From: a virus
Taxonomy: Duplodnaviria > Caudoviricetes
IMG/VR virus record: IMGVR_UViG_3300035148_000122
Span: 1 to 28,198 of that record
DNA length: 28,198 bases
Direction: 5' to 3' (one strand)
The notes beneath the pieces are model-generated. The model saw nothing but the letters and a program-made list of their open reading frames with translations, was not told the origin of the DNA and searched no databases. The position numbers and the translations under genes are program-made. This document shows positions 8,088 through 16,989 of this stretch, one piece after another; within the stretch, counting starts at the first letter, position 1; the number at the start of each line of letters is the position of its first letter.

Positions 8088-8170
8088 ATATCTCTGGTAC
8101 CCCAGGAACCCCTAGGAATGACCAGGATGAATGAAAGATTCGACCGATACCCCTACCAAGGATATGAAAT

Positions 8171-8437
8171 ATGTTCAAAACTAAAACTCAAACGTTGTTA
8201 GTACAGATCGTGGATACAAGCGACGGAATACTGGCCGTTTGCAATGATGTGAACAGGCGTGGGCCTAAGACTTTCGTGCCATATTCCCCGTACTCCGGCC
8301 AGCGCGTGCACAGGATCGTGGTTCGAATACCACCAAATGCTGACTGGCAAGACTTTAGTAATCTCAGGTGGCTTCTCGCCCACCCACGAAAACAGGTTCT
8401 TCTGTCTTACACACCAAAAGACGTACACGCAAATTAA
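8171..8437 (+). CDS. Hypothetical protein
   Basis: 88 aa ORF, AAGGA upstream, ends just before the terminator. Confidence 0.55.
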   Translation: MFKTKTQTLLVQIVDTSDGILAVCNDVNRRGPKTFVPYSPYSGQRVHRIVVRIPPNADWQDFSNLRWLLAHPRKQVLLSYTPKDVHAN

Positions 8438-8447
8438 TGGCCACAAC

Positions 8448-8487
8448 AAACAGGGCCTTGGGCGATCAAACCCAAGGCCCGTTTTTA
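8448..8487. terminator. Bidirectional intrinsic terminator between convergent arms
   Basis: AAACA-GGGCCTTGGG-cgatcaaa-CCCAAGGCCC-GTTTTT; T-rich tails on both strands. Confidence 0.85.
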
Positions 8488-8691
8488 TTACTTGGGCTTG
8501 AACAAACCACTCACAGGCCCGGTCGTGAACCAGATGCGCAGGATAATGTTGCCTACGCCAACGATCACGGCCAAGACTGGAATGGACCAGACTGGAAGTT
8601 CAAGTCCAGCACCTTGAAGAAAGATCGCGACAGCGATTATTGTCGTAATCACGTTGAACCAAACTGTTTTTGAAGCTAACGTGGCTTTCAT
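8488..8691 (-). CDS. Putative holin (2 TM)
   Basis: 67 aa, SKTVWFN + two hydrophobic helices + basic C-terminus; GGAGG RBS; end of the lysis cassette. Confidence 0.75.
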   Translation of the reverse strand: MKATLASKTVWFNVITTIIAVAIFLQGAGLELPVWSIPVLAVIVGVGNIILRIWFTTGPVSGLFKPK

Positions 8692-8780
8692 TCTGATGGA
8701 CCTCCTAGTCCCAAGGCTATAAGTAATAGCCCGATTATAATCAGCACAATGATGTAAACTTCAATTGAATTATGAGCCAT
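8688..8780 (-). CDS. 30-aa single-TM micro-protein (not in ORF track)
   Basis: MAHNSIEVYIIVLIIIGLLLIALGLGGPSE*; TAATG overlap upstream and ATGA overlap with the holin. Confidence 0.65.
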   Translation of the reverse strand: MAHNSIEVYIIVLIIIGLLLIALGLGGPSE

Positions 8781-9541
8781 TATGCTGGTGCTACAGGCGG
8801 CATGTACAACCTGTACGGATCTGCCCGGTCTACTGCAGGTTGACACAAGCCCACAGGGATGTAGATCTGTTGTTTCGCTATAAGAGGTACTTTTACAGGA
8901 TTGCCACCTCCTTGGGGGAAGTCACTTATTGCTGGAGTCCCACTTGAATTGTGGATGTTCACAGCATGGAACCAAAGCCACCACTTTGGTTGTAACTCAG
9001 CCCAGGTCGGAGCGGGTCCGCCTGTGCGGATGTAATCGATCGGATACATGTCACAATTGCCGATTTTTACGATCGGCCCGATGACCTTATGGGTGGCGCC
9101 ACCACACGTACGAATCTTATCGAAGCGCATTGTGTTACTGCAACTCAAATCCCTATTGTTGAAGTAATCCCGCAGAGGAACGTAATTAACGCTACCTGGT
9201 TCACTGGTGGTATCGAACCCATTGCCCTTCCCGTTGGTGAACGCCCTGAAGTGGTCATACAGTGTGCGCAACTTCTTTCCGGTCATGGTGGGGTTCATGT
9301 CTCGCATCATGTACTGCCAGTACTCACCAAGCTGGTCTGTGGCGTGGGTCCCGTTCCGCTCGTCATATAACCAGTACACCTCAGGCATGTCCTTGCGGTA
9401 CGCCCAGTTCGACTCAGTGAACTGTGGCGCGAAGTAGAACCGACCAACCCACTCACTGTCGTGCATGACTCTAACATATTGTGCGGTGCTAGGCGCCGGG
9501 GGCTCTGTGCCCACGGCCGAGATCTTAACGTCTACGCGCAT
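8780..9541 (-). CDS. Hypothetical protein in lysis cassette
   Basis: 253 aa, AGGA RBS 7 nt after the endolysin stop; no family recognised. Confidence 0.75.
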   Translation of the reverse strand: MRVDVKISAVGTEPPAPSTAQYVRVMHDSEWVGRFYFAPQFTESNWAYRKDMPEVYWLYDERNGTHATDQLGEYWQYMMRDMNPTMTGKKLRTLYDHFRAFTNGKGNGFDTTSEPGSVNYVPLRDYFNNRDLSCSNTMRFDKIRTCGGATHKVIGPIVKIGNCDMYPIDYIRTGGPAPTWAELQPKWWLWFHAVNIHNSSGTPAISDFPQGGGNPVKVPLIAKQQIYIPVGLCQPAVDRADPYRLYMPPVAPA

Positions 9542-9548
9542 AGGTCCT

Positions 9549-11507
9549 CTATTCTGGGTTCATGGTCCCGGTCATCGTCAAAGGCGTGTACCCAGTTTCC
9601 GTTACGGTCACGGTAACCGTCTTAGCCGTGGGAGGAGTGACTGGCGGGTCGACTGGCGGGTCAACGGGTGGATTGACTGGACCGTTGTCAGTAAGTACGC
9701 AGATCGGAGCTCCCTTGTTCGTGATCGCCACCCAAGCCTGCTTTCCGGCGGGCGGTGTGAACGGAGCACCATTGATGGTTTTGACCTCAAGCCACTTGTC
9801 ACCAACGTATTGGTAGACCTCGCCAGCGGAGTTCCGCAGCTGCTCGGTGGCCGTGAACAGGACGTCACCTTCTAAGAGCGCGTTAGCGTTCACGCTCTGT
9901 AGAACGTTACCAGCAGTATTATGCTGATCGCGAATTCGAGTGTTGTCCCCTATTGCTTTTGCTGTGTACCTGTACGCCATGCTTCCTCCATTATTGTTTT
10001 GATTAAAGTAGGCGAGAACTGCCTGACTCACCGCTCGCTCCACGCCTGGGTTCCCCTGTGCGTCAGTGTCACAGGGCACGTTTTGAATAACACCGTCAAT
10101 GACCTCAACGGAATCACCACCAGATCCTCGATCGTACGCAGTATATGCGCCAAATTCTTTGAGGACGTTCGCGCACTCGAGCAGGGTCAAGCCGGTGGAT
10201 TTAGCGGTCCTTCCGTCCGCCGTCAGGGATACCACATACCGCCCGTCCAGGGTAATCCCAAAGCACGACCGTGGGTGGCGCTCGGTGTATTGAACTTCTG
10301 TGCCGTATAGGTACGCCTGCGTAATGCCGCTTTGAATCAGGTACCGGTACCCGCTTGTAACATTGTACGCGCTTGAGAAGTTTGTGTGGCCGATCTCGGG
10401 CTGCCCACTTTGGCGAATGTTCAGGCTCGGTACAGAGGTCTTACGAGCCACGTACGGGGAACCGTTAGACACGGCGTACTCCACCGGAGTCTTTAGGTAG
10501 GCGGTACTATGCTTGTCGTACTCGTCCCCGTTCACTGCGAACTGGGCGTTGAGCTCAATGCATTTTTCGCTCGGGCGGAACAATCCGTTGTCGACAGGTT
10601 CGTGAACCACCTCAAAGCGTGCTTTGGTGGTATCTAATATCGACACGTAAACGTCCGATCCAAACCGGCGACCTTTAACATGCTTGAACCCATCGTACGG
10701 GTAGGTGACCACGTCCGCGTCCGCTCCAGGGAGTGGCGTCAACTGGTCAATAAGGACCGGTTCAAGCAGGTTCATGTCTGTTGAACCATCAATTCCCGGA
10801 ACTGTTCCGTGGCTGGTGTATTGCCACACTCCAACAGGCCCCCACTTCGTTTGGTCAGGAATGTACCCACTTGGAATGGTGGTGTACGGGTTGGGGTCGA
10901 CAGGATAACCAGCTGGCCAAGTCAGAATCTTCTTAAAGAACTCCTTTTCGCTAGAGTTCATTACGATCGCGTCCATCAAACCTTTCCGCGAGTAGTTCAT
11001 CAAACGATTGTTTGGCCGGCGCTTTTTGACCTGGTCTAAGAACGCCCACAACTGCCCAGCGGTCTCACCACCCTCCTCAAAGTCCAGGATGAGCCAGTCA
11101 TCGTTCGTAATATACGGGATGATGTAATCCACAAACCAATTCGCCTGCCGTACCGGGTCTACCGTCTTCCTGAAGAAGTGGTACGCCCCGCGGTTGCAGT
11201 GAAGGATGTCCCTGAACTTTGTAAAGAACTCAGGGAACGTCTCGTCCTTGTAGTTATCCGCTTCGGTGGCCTTGGTCATCATCATCAACGGGGCGACCTC
11301 CTTTAGGGCGTTCCAGTCATTGACGATCTTCCAATGGCTGATGTCAAAGCTCGGCGGCTGCTTGATGTTGATGGTCCCTGTAGCAGCCATCGCCGTTGGG
11401 GAAACAGATCTGTCAGTATGCGGGGCCTTGATCGCGCGTTCCAGTTCGTAGGCACCACGTACCTGGTTCCCTATTACAGTCTTAATGCGGTGGTATTGAT
11501 AGTTCAT
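9549..11507 (-). CDS. Modular endolysin: GH25 muramidase + phosphodiester-glycosidase (NAGPA/DUF2233)-like domain + putative SH3-like binding domain
   Basis: GH25: DISHW, KATE, GAYHFF, LDFEE, WQYTSHGTVPGIDGSTDMN; NAGPA-like: AVNG, RHPRSCFGI, DGR..STGLTLLE; C-terminal RIR...WLEV...WVA plus Pro-rich linker; GGAGG RBS. Confidence 0.85.
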   Translation of the reverse strand: MNYQYHRIKTVIGNQVRGAYELERAIKAPHTDRSVSPTAMAATGTINIKQPPSFDISHWKIVNDWNALKEVAPLMMMTKATEADNYKDETFPEFFTKFRDILHCNRGAYHFFRKTVDPVRQANWFVDYIIPYITNDDWLILDFEEGGETAGQLWAFLDQVKKRRPNNRLMNYSRKGLMDAIVMNSSEKEFFKKILTWPAGYPVDPNPYTTIPSGYIPDQTKWGPVGVWQYTSHGTVPGIDGSTDMNLLEPVLIDQLTPLPGADADVVTYPYDGFKHVKGRRFGSDVYVSILDTTKARFEVVHEPVDNGLFRPSEKCIELNAQFAVNGDEYDKHSTAYLKTPVEYAVSNGSPYVARKTSVPSLNIRQSGQPEIGHTNFSSAYNVTSGYRYLIQSGITQAYLYGTEVQYTERHPRSCFGITLDGRYVVSLTADGRTAKSTGLTLLECANVLKEFGAYTAYDRGSGGDSVEVIDGVIQNVPCDTDAQGNPGVERAVSQAVLAYFNQNNNGGSMAYRYTAKAIGDNTRIRDQHNTAGNVLQSVNANALLEGDVLFTATEQLRNSAGEVYQYVGDKWLEVKTINGAPFTPPAGKQAWVAITNKGAPICVLTDNGPVNPPVDPPVDPPVTPPTAKTVTVTVTETGYTPLTMTGTMNPE

Positions 11508-11632
11508 TTGCGTAACAAAGCCTCCATTATAGATATTTTGTAATCGAGATCTAACAAAAGTTTAAGTATCCACACTAATATGGCTAGTAGCATTCTCAAC
11601 ATAAGCTTTTGGTACTTATCTTCGTCTTTCAT
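11504..11632 (-). CDS. 42-aa hydrophobic micro-protein (not in ORF track)
   Basis: MKDEDKYQKLMLRMLLAILVWILKLLLDLDYKISIMEALLRK*; TAATG and ATGA overlaps on the two sides. Confidence 0.65.
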   Translation of the reverse strand: MKDEDKYQKLMLRMLLAILVWILKLLLDLDYKISIMEALLRK

Positions 11633-12105
11633 TAGTACGCACCGGGTATCCTCAACACATATCCTAGTAGGCGGACTATAACAAGCAGGACTTGAGCGAA
11701 GTACCTGATCGCGACGCGAATCTCAGGTATAGTTTGCGCCTTACCAGCAATGTAAGCCTCAAGTTCAGCTACTAACGCGGCATAATCCTGGGATAACTGC
11801 GTAAGGTCTGAGAATTGCGTGACCAACAAGGCGTTATTCGTCGTGGGATTGTTCGTGGGTTCTACCTCAACCGGAAGCCACCCCACCCGCTCATACAGTG
11901 TGTCAGCGTTGACAAACCACTTACCGAGATTATGGCAATTGCGCAGATTGAAGTACGTGAACAGGTTATTGCAAAGGATCTGGTTGTCTGATACTTCGTC
12001 GATCTGAAAGGACCCTAAGTCAATGGTCTTAGTTTGACTATACGTGGAGAACGTGTGCTTAGCCGAAACGATCTCGCCGTCAGACAGATTATACATTAGT
12101 TCCAT
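11632..12105 (-). CDS. Hypothetical protein (possible tail-fibre assembly factor)
   Basis: Start moved to ATG 12105 (AAAGGAG RBS); follows the fibre genes; hydrophobic C-terminal helix. Confidence 0.7.
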   Translation of the reverse strand: MELMYNLSDGEIVSAKHTFSTYSQTKTIDLGSFQIDEVSDNQILCNNLFTYFNLRNCHNLGKWFVNADTLYERVGWLPVEVEPTNNPTTNNALLVTQFSDLTQLSQDYAALVAELEAYIAGKAQTIPEIRVAIRYFAQVLLVIVRLLGYVLRIPGAY

Positions 12106-12115
12106 TTTGACTCCT

Positions 12116-13549
12116 TTATAAATACTGTGAATAGGCGTAAACACGGGTGGCATAGCCAGAACCACCTACCAACATGTTTGTACCAGCCGCTGCACCGTTG
12201 TTATTTTGGATTATGTTTATGTAAAAGGGGGATTTTTCCCTTAAAGTTATCGTGCCCGATACGCTGAACATACCACCAAATTCGCCTGCGGTCACGATTG
12301 GAGACGGGAGCCTGTACAACATTCTGCACCATTCACCAACACCTGTGGACGTAGTTGAAATTGACGTTCCCATAGTTTGGTACGTTCTTACCGCTGCATG
12401 TGTAATAACTATATTCATATACCCGTTGTATCTAACAGTCCATGGTCCCACCCCAACTTGCATTATCAAGAAATTATAATTAGCGTTTGCCGCAGCTGGA
12501 TTGGCCTGAACGATCATGGTATCATTTCTGTTCTCAAACAATTGAGCCCATTTTTCTGCCTTAGATATGAACCCTTGTGGCTTTTTAGCCCTAGATACGT
12601 AAGGTTCTAAGATAGAACTATTTGAAAGTAAGAAGTCAGTACCATGGAACAAAGTCAATGGTGTGGTACTACCATTGTACGTTCCTACATCATGAACGAT
12701 CGCCATTTTAGTCACTGGTATGGTGGCAGGCATTTCAACGCTTGAAAAGTATATTTCGCGAATTTTAGCTTCGTCAAGCGCGTACCCATTAATAAACATT
12801 AGATCGTCAATACTGCCTGTGAAATTATGAACTGTAGACACACCATTTTGTAGTACTCCTATACGCACAAGATTCGAGGCGTGGTAAGCAGGAGTCATTA
12901 GATACGCGCCAGCGTCTAATACGCCATCTACGTACAGTTGAGCGTAATTATTTTTCACCGTTACAGCTACATGGTGCCAAACATTATCAGTCACGGGGAT
13001 AGTACCTATTAATGTTGAAGTATCTATGTTAGCCACAATACCAGTGTTTTTTCCTGTGACTATGCGTAATGAGTTGAGCGTAGGATGAATACCAAATACT
13101 ATACCAGCAGCATTCGGATTTTCGTAGTAAGACGAAAAGATGTTTTGATACACGGCTGTTGTGGAATTCTTTATCCACGCGCATATTGTAAAGTCGCCAG
13201 TGGGTTTTAATAGCGCGTCATCAGTAACCGAAAGGTAAGACGATCCGTTCAACACCAAGCAATTAGAGTACTTACCGGCTGAGAACGTAGGTGAGCCTGT
13301 AGGTGTGGTGGTGAACGCCCCAACGTCTGGCGTGGAGTTAGTATTGAAGCGCCATAACGCGGTCGGGGCGTGGTTTTGATTGTACTTGACCCTCATTCCA
13401 TGTTCGATCAAGCCTCTAGCGTCCATAGGGACGGTCACGACTCCCATAGACGTTGAAGCGTCTACGCTTGAGTACGTGAGTGCTTTACTCAATTGAATCC
13501 ACCCCGTCAAAAGTTCTAAACTTGATTGAGATTTTAGTTTATTAGGCAT
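12116..13549 (-). CDS. Tail/receptor-binding protein with LamG (concanavalin A-like) domain
   Basis: DFTICAWIK...WHHVAVT...LYVDGVL...FTGSIDDL; AGGAG RBS. Confidence 0.8.
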   Translation of the reverse strand: MPNKLKSQSSLELLTGWIQLSKALTYSSVDASTSMGVVTVPMDARGLIEHGMRVKYNQNHAPTALWRFNTNSTPDVGAFTTTPTGSPTFSAGKYSNCLVLNGSSYLSVTDDALLKPTGDFTICAWIKNSTTAVYQNIFSSYYENPNAAGIVFGIHPTLNSLRIVTGKNTGIVANIDTSTLIGTIPVTDNVWHHVAVTVKNNYAQLYVDGVLDAGAYLMTPAYHASNLVRIGVLQNGVSTVHNFTGSIDDLMFINGYALDEAKIREIYFSSVEMPATIPVTKMAIVHDVGTYNGSTTPLTLFHGTDFLLSNSSILEPYVSRAKKPQGFISKAEKWAQLFENRNDTMIVQANPAAANANYNFLIMQVGVGPWTVRYNGYMNIVITHAAVRTYQTMGTSISTTSTGVGEWCRMLYRLPSPIVTAGEFGGMFSVSGTITLREKSPFYINIIQNNNGAAAGTNMLVGGSGYATRVYAYSQYL

Positions 13550-13560
13550 TGTTTTCTCCT

Positions 13561-14364
13561 TTACACGTATTGACCGCCTGTGGCTGCAGCACCGGCTGTA
13601 CTACCTGGGAAGTAGTTAGCACCACCACCACCTGTATTGATAACTGAGTTCAAAGACGTATTATACCTTGGTCCTGTTATTGTACCGCCAGTGTATGTGC
13701 ATGAGTACGCCACGTATAAAGATTGCACAGACACATAAGCGAAAGTCCCAAATGTCAAGGTTCCGGTCAAAGTTATAGCCCTGCCTGTAATAAACACAAT
13801 TCCTGCGTCAACACTTGCAACATGATAACTAGTTGTACCGCCTGTTATAGAGTAGTTACCAGCAGCTTCAATCACACCGTTTCTAGCAGCAAACATATGG
13901 TTCACAAATCCAGTAGCGAACACAATGTCCCTAAATTGAATATGGGCTCCACTACTTGCAGTTAGTGCTTCAGTTTGAGCACCGGCTGTTTTAATAAGTC
14001 GTAAATAAGATATAATGTACAAAGTTCCAGGAGTGTTTTTTGCAAAACCTCCATCAATTGTTACATTTGAAGGCGTAGTGGCGTTCCCGCGTATAGTAAC
14101 ATATCCTGACCCAGCCATATTCTTTAAACTAAGGGGACCTGCAGTATAGGTTCCGTCACCAATTTGAAGCAGAATATTGTACACCACGCTATCTAAACCA
14201 CCTATAACGTCTAAAGCTTTTTGGATCGTCTTAAACGCCCCACTAGGAGAATCTGACAATCCATTATTTGCGTCATTCCCATCAGTACGTACGTAATAAG
14301 CCCGATCAGCAGTTAATATTTCACGCTGTGGGGTAACTCTAGATTGTCGTATTTTAGTCGCCAT
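13561..14364 (-). CDS. Tail spike/fibre-like protein, probable beta-helix; paralog of the C-terminus of 14391-16616
   Basis: YYVRTDGNDANNGL...AFKTIQKALD...GDGTY beta-helix cap motif; AAGGAG RBS. Confidence 0.75.
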   Translation of the reverse strand: MATKIRQSRVTPQREILTADRAYYVRTDGNDANNGLSDSPSGAFKTIQKALDVIGGLDSVVYNILLQIGDGTYTAGPLSLKNMAGSGYVTIRGNATTPSNVTIDGGFAKNTPGTLYIISYLRLIKTAGAQTEALTASSGAHIQFRDIVFATGFVNHMFAARNGVIEAAGNYSITGGTTSYHVASVDAGIVFITGRAITLTGTLTFGTFAYVSVQSLYVAYSCTYTGGTITGPRYNTSLNSVINTGGGGANYFPGSTAGAAATGGQYV

Positions 14365-15160
14365 AATATCTCCTTATGTTGTAGAGTTCATTATAGATAC
14401 TGCCCACCTGTGGTCGCTGTCCCGGCTACACTGCCAGGCAAGAAATTTGCTCCACCACCTGATGTGTCTATAACGCCATTGGAATCTACCGAGTACCTTT
14501 GACCTGTAACAGATCCTGAGTATATAGCATTTTGCAAGTTCAATATGCCTCCGCGTTTAGAACTAGCAAATGTACCAAATGTAACTGTCCCAGTTATTGG
14601 TATCACTTTACTAACTATATATACAATTCCACTATCTATGCACGTTATATGACTGTTAGACGCACCACCCACTATACTGTAGTTCCCTCCAGCACACTCA
14701 ACAATTGAGGCTCTATCCGCGTATATGTGGTTGATAAATCCGTCACCAAAGGCAATGTCCCTAAATTGAATAAACGCTCCATTTCGCGATGATATAGCAG
14801 TATTATGGAATCCAGCTGATTTAATGTTTGAGTAATAACCTAAAATGTATGTAGTTCCAGGGGTTGTTTTTAAGAACCCTGCATCTATAACAACACTAGT
14901 GGGGGTGGTAGTACTTCCGCGTATACTGATAAGTCCTGTTCCAGCCATATTTTTTAAAGTTACCGTGTTTTCAACATAAGTACCGTCACCGATTATGATA
15001 TAAACGTTGTAGATAGAACTGTCTAAAGCACTTGCAACATCTATCGACTTTTGGATCGTTCTAAACGCCCCACTAGGGCTGTCAGTAAGGCCGTCGTTAG
15101 AGTCGTTTCCGTCTATACGCACGTAATAGGTTCTATTTGCTGTAAGCAGTTCTCTAACCA
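13561..15160 (-). repeat. Diverged tandem duplication, period 830 nt
   Basis: Stops at 13561/14391, CAATGTCCCTAAATTGAATA at 13923/14753 and TTGGATCGT..TAAACGCCCCACTAGG at 14221/15051 are all offset by 830. Confidence 0.85.
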
Positions 15161-16616
15161 TTGGGATTTGAACAAAGGCCGATGCGTGGAATCCATCGAC
15201 CGTGTCCGCATTACCTGTACTAGACGCTGTATGTTGATACGAGCACAAAAGTACCGATCCAGTTATGGGTGCCTCGGTCAAGGTAAAGGTGCCCGCGGCC
15301 GGGTTTGTTTCGGCCAAGTCCCCGCTGGCCAAGGCTAGTAATTGACCATCCCTGAACACCTGCAGGGTAGATGGGACGTAGGATGATGGGCAAGTGAACA
15401 GCGTATTCGCGCCATCAATAGAACCACTAGGTATGGCGTTAGCTACAAAATCGTTCATACCTACGCCTACAACACCACCACCAGTTGTAGCGTAGACAGC
15501 TGTAATTTCGTCCCCAACTACCGGTGCGTCTATAAGCGTGAATGTCCCAGTAGCGGGAGAGGTCTCCGTCCAATCTTGTCCAGTACCCTGTGTCTGAAGT
15601 TGCCCGTTCAAATATACAGTCAACGTACCACTAACATAAGCACCAGAACTGACGGTAAATACTTTGTTAGTTCCATTTATCGTACCGGCCAAGACCCCAT
15701 GAGTGTCACCAGTGCCCCCTGACTGGTCGATCTTCAAAATGGCCGTCGGACCTCCGCCGCCGCCCCCTCCGGTGCCTGGTGGGTTGCTAAGGTGAAGGTC
15801 CACGGTGAACAGTGAACCAGCCGCTGGTAAGGTACCACTATGCGCAATGTATGTTACAGGTATCGTCCACCACGTGCCGTTGTCCGCCCTTCCAGCACCT
15901 TGCTTAAGGCGGACCCAGTTGGATGGCGTGGTCTTGTCAATGAAGAGCCAGATGTCACCTTCCTGGGTTGCCGCGAATATGTTGGAATAATCCACCACAG
16001 CATCGTCTGTTTCACTGATGTATATATTTGTTATGCTTGCTGGGGTGCCGGTGTTGAACGCGAAGTCCCCGGCCCCAGGGTCCACGGCTCCTGTGGTGGT
16101 GTCGAATCCATACGTTCCAGTAGTTGGCGTCGATACTACGGCTCCAGTGCTTTTGGCGCCGCCAATACCACGCCATCTTGAACTAAGCCCGTCGTATTGA
16201 AGGACAATAGCCATGTTAGGTTCAAGGTTGATGTTTTGTGGGAAGGCGAACCTATTTGCGGCTAGACTATTGGCGTTTTCATGCTGAAGACGTATGTTGA
16301 ACGTTCCAATGTTGTGAACAAATACGATCCTGCCGCTTAGACCAGACGTCAAGCCTGACATACTCACGTCTAGAGAAGATGAAAGGCGCAAGACGTTAGC
16401 CTGAGCTAAACCTGAAGGGCTATAATCATCAACGTCAGCGGCGAGTATAGTAGGCGAAATAATGTTAGCGTATAGTTCATCAGCGAACTTATACTGGGCG
16501 ATTACAGAACTTTCAGGAATAGGTCCTGTTGGGTCCCTTACGACACGAACATAATCTCCGGGATTTAGGCCGGAAAGTTGAGTTAGGTTTTGCTCCTGGA
16601 CATCGTTAGTTGGCAT
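14391..16616 (-). CDS. Multi-domain tail fibre protein
   Basis: Gly/Thr-rich; two GxIxGxNxxFT...LxVxxxGQL modules; NADTVDGFHA motif; C-terminal beta-helix-like domain. Confidence 0.8.
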   Translation of the reverse strand: MPTNDVQEQNLTQLSGLNPGDYVRVVRDPTGPIPESSVIAQYKFADELYANIISPTILAADVDDYSPSGLAQANVLRLSSSLDVSMSGLTSGLSGRIVFVHNIGTFNIRLQHENANSLAANRFAFPQNINLEPNMAIVLQYDGLSSRWRGIGGAKSTGAVVSTPTTGTYGFDTTTGAVDPGAGDFAFNTGTPASITNIYISETDDAVVDYSNIFAATQEGDIWLFIDKTTPSNWVRLKQGAGRADNGTWWTIPVTYIAHSGTLPAAGSLFTVDLHLSNPPGTGGGGGGGPTAILKIDQSGGTGDTHGVLAGTINGTNKVFTVSSGAYVSGTLTVYLNGQLQTQGTGQDWTETSPATGTFTLIDAPVVGDEITAVYATTGGGVVGVGMNDFVANAIPSGSIDGANTLFTCPSSYVPSTLQVFRDGQLLALASGDLAETNPAAGTFTLTEAPITGSVLLCSYQHTASSTGNADTVDGFHASAFVQIPMVRELLTANRTYYVRIDGNDSNDGLTDSPSGAFRTIQKSIDVASALDSSIYNVYIIIGDGTYVENTVTLKNMAGTGLISIRGSTTTPTSVVIDAGFLKTTPGTTYILGYYSNIKSAGFHNTAISSRNGAFIQFRDIAFGDGFINHIYADRASIVECAGGNYSIVGGASNSHITCIDSGIVYIVSKVIPITGTVTFGTFASSKRGGILNLQNAIYSGSVTGQRYSVDSNGVIDTSGGGANFLPGSVAGTATTGGQYL

Positions 16617-16989
16617 TGTGGTCCTCCGATAGTTTTTGCTCTACATGGTGTTTAATCGCTCGTTCAAATATGTACAAAATTTTTAAGTTTATTTCTAGTA
16701 GTAATTTTACTTGTGCTACCAATACCTCATGAGGAACTGTTTCAAGGTCTAGGTGGTTTTTTATTGTAGCCAAAATATTCTCATAGTTCAAGATCAGATC
16801 GTGCCCGGACATAACTGCTTTCACAGAGTTCTTATAGTCATTCCCTTGAAAGTAGTTCAATACCACTGCGTTATACAGAACCTTTTGCAGTTTGGTCATT
16901 GGTCCCATCGTAATAAGGAAGTCATCAGTAACTTCCTGAACAGGAAGACCAGCGGCCAAAAGGTTATTATATAATACTGTTGACGTCAT
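16606..16989 (-). CDS. Hypothetical tail-region protein
   Basis: 127 aa, overlapping both neighbours. Confidence 0.7.
   Translation of the reverse strand: MTSTVLYNNLLAAGLPVQEVTDDFLITMGPMTKLQKVLYNAVVLNYFQGNDYKNSVKAVMSGHDLILNYENILATIKNHLDLETVPHEVLVAQVKLLLEINLKILYIFERAIKHHVEQKLSEDHNAN

Noticed and set aside
8088-8170. Imperfect 10-nt CCAGGA-like repeats in an intergenic gap (possible origin)
   Set aside because: Only three degenerate copies and no AT-rich unwinding region; insufficient support.
9630-9680. Direct repeat GACTGGCGGGTC x2
   Set aside because: Encodes the PPVD Pro-rich linker of the endolysin; not CRISPR or iterons.
13561-15160. Diversity-generating retroelement TR/VR pair
   Set aside because: Differences are not adenine-specific, both copies are full coding paralogs, and no reverse transcriptase is in the window.
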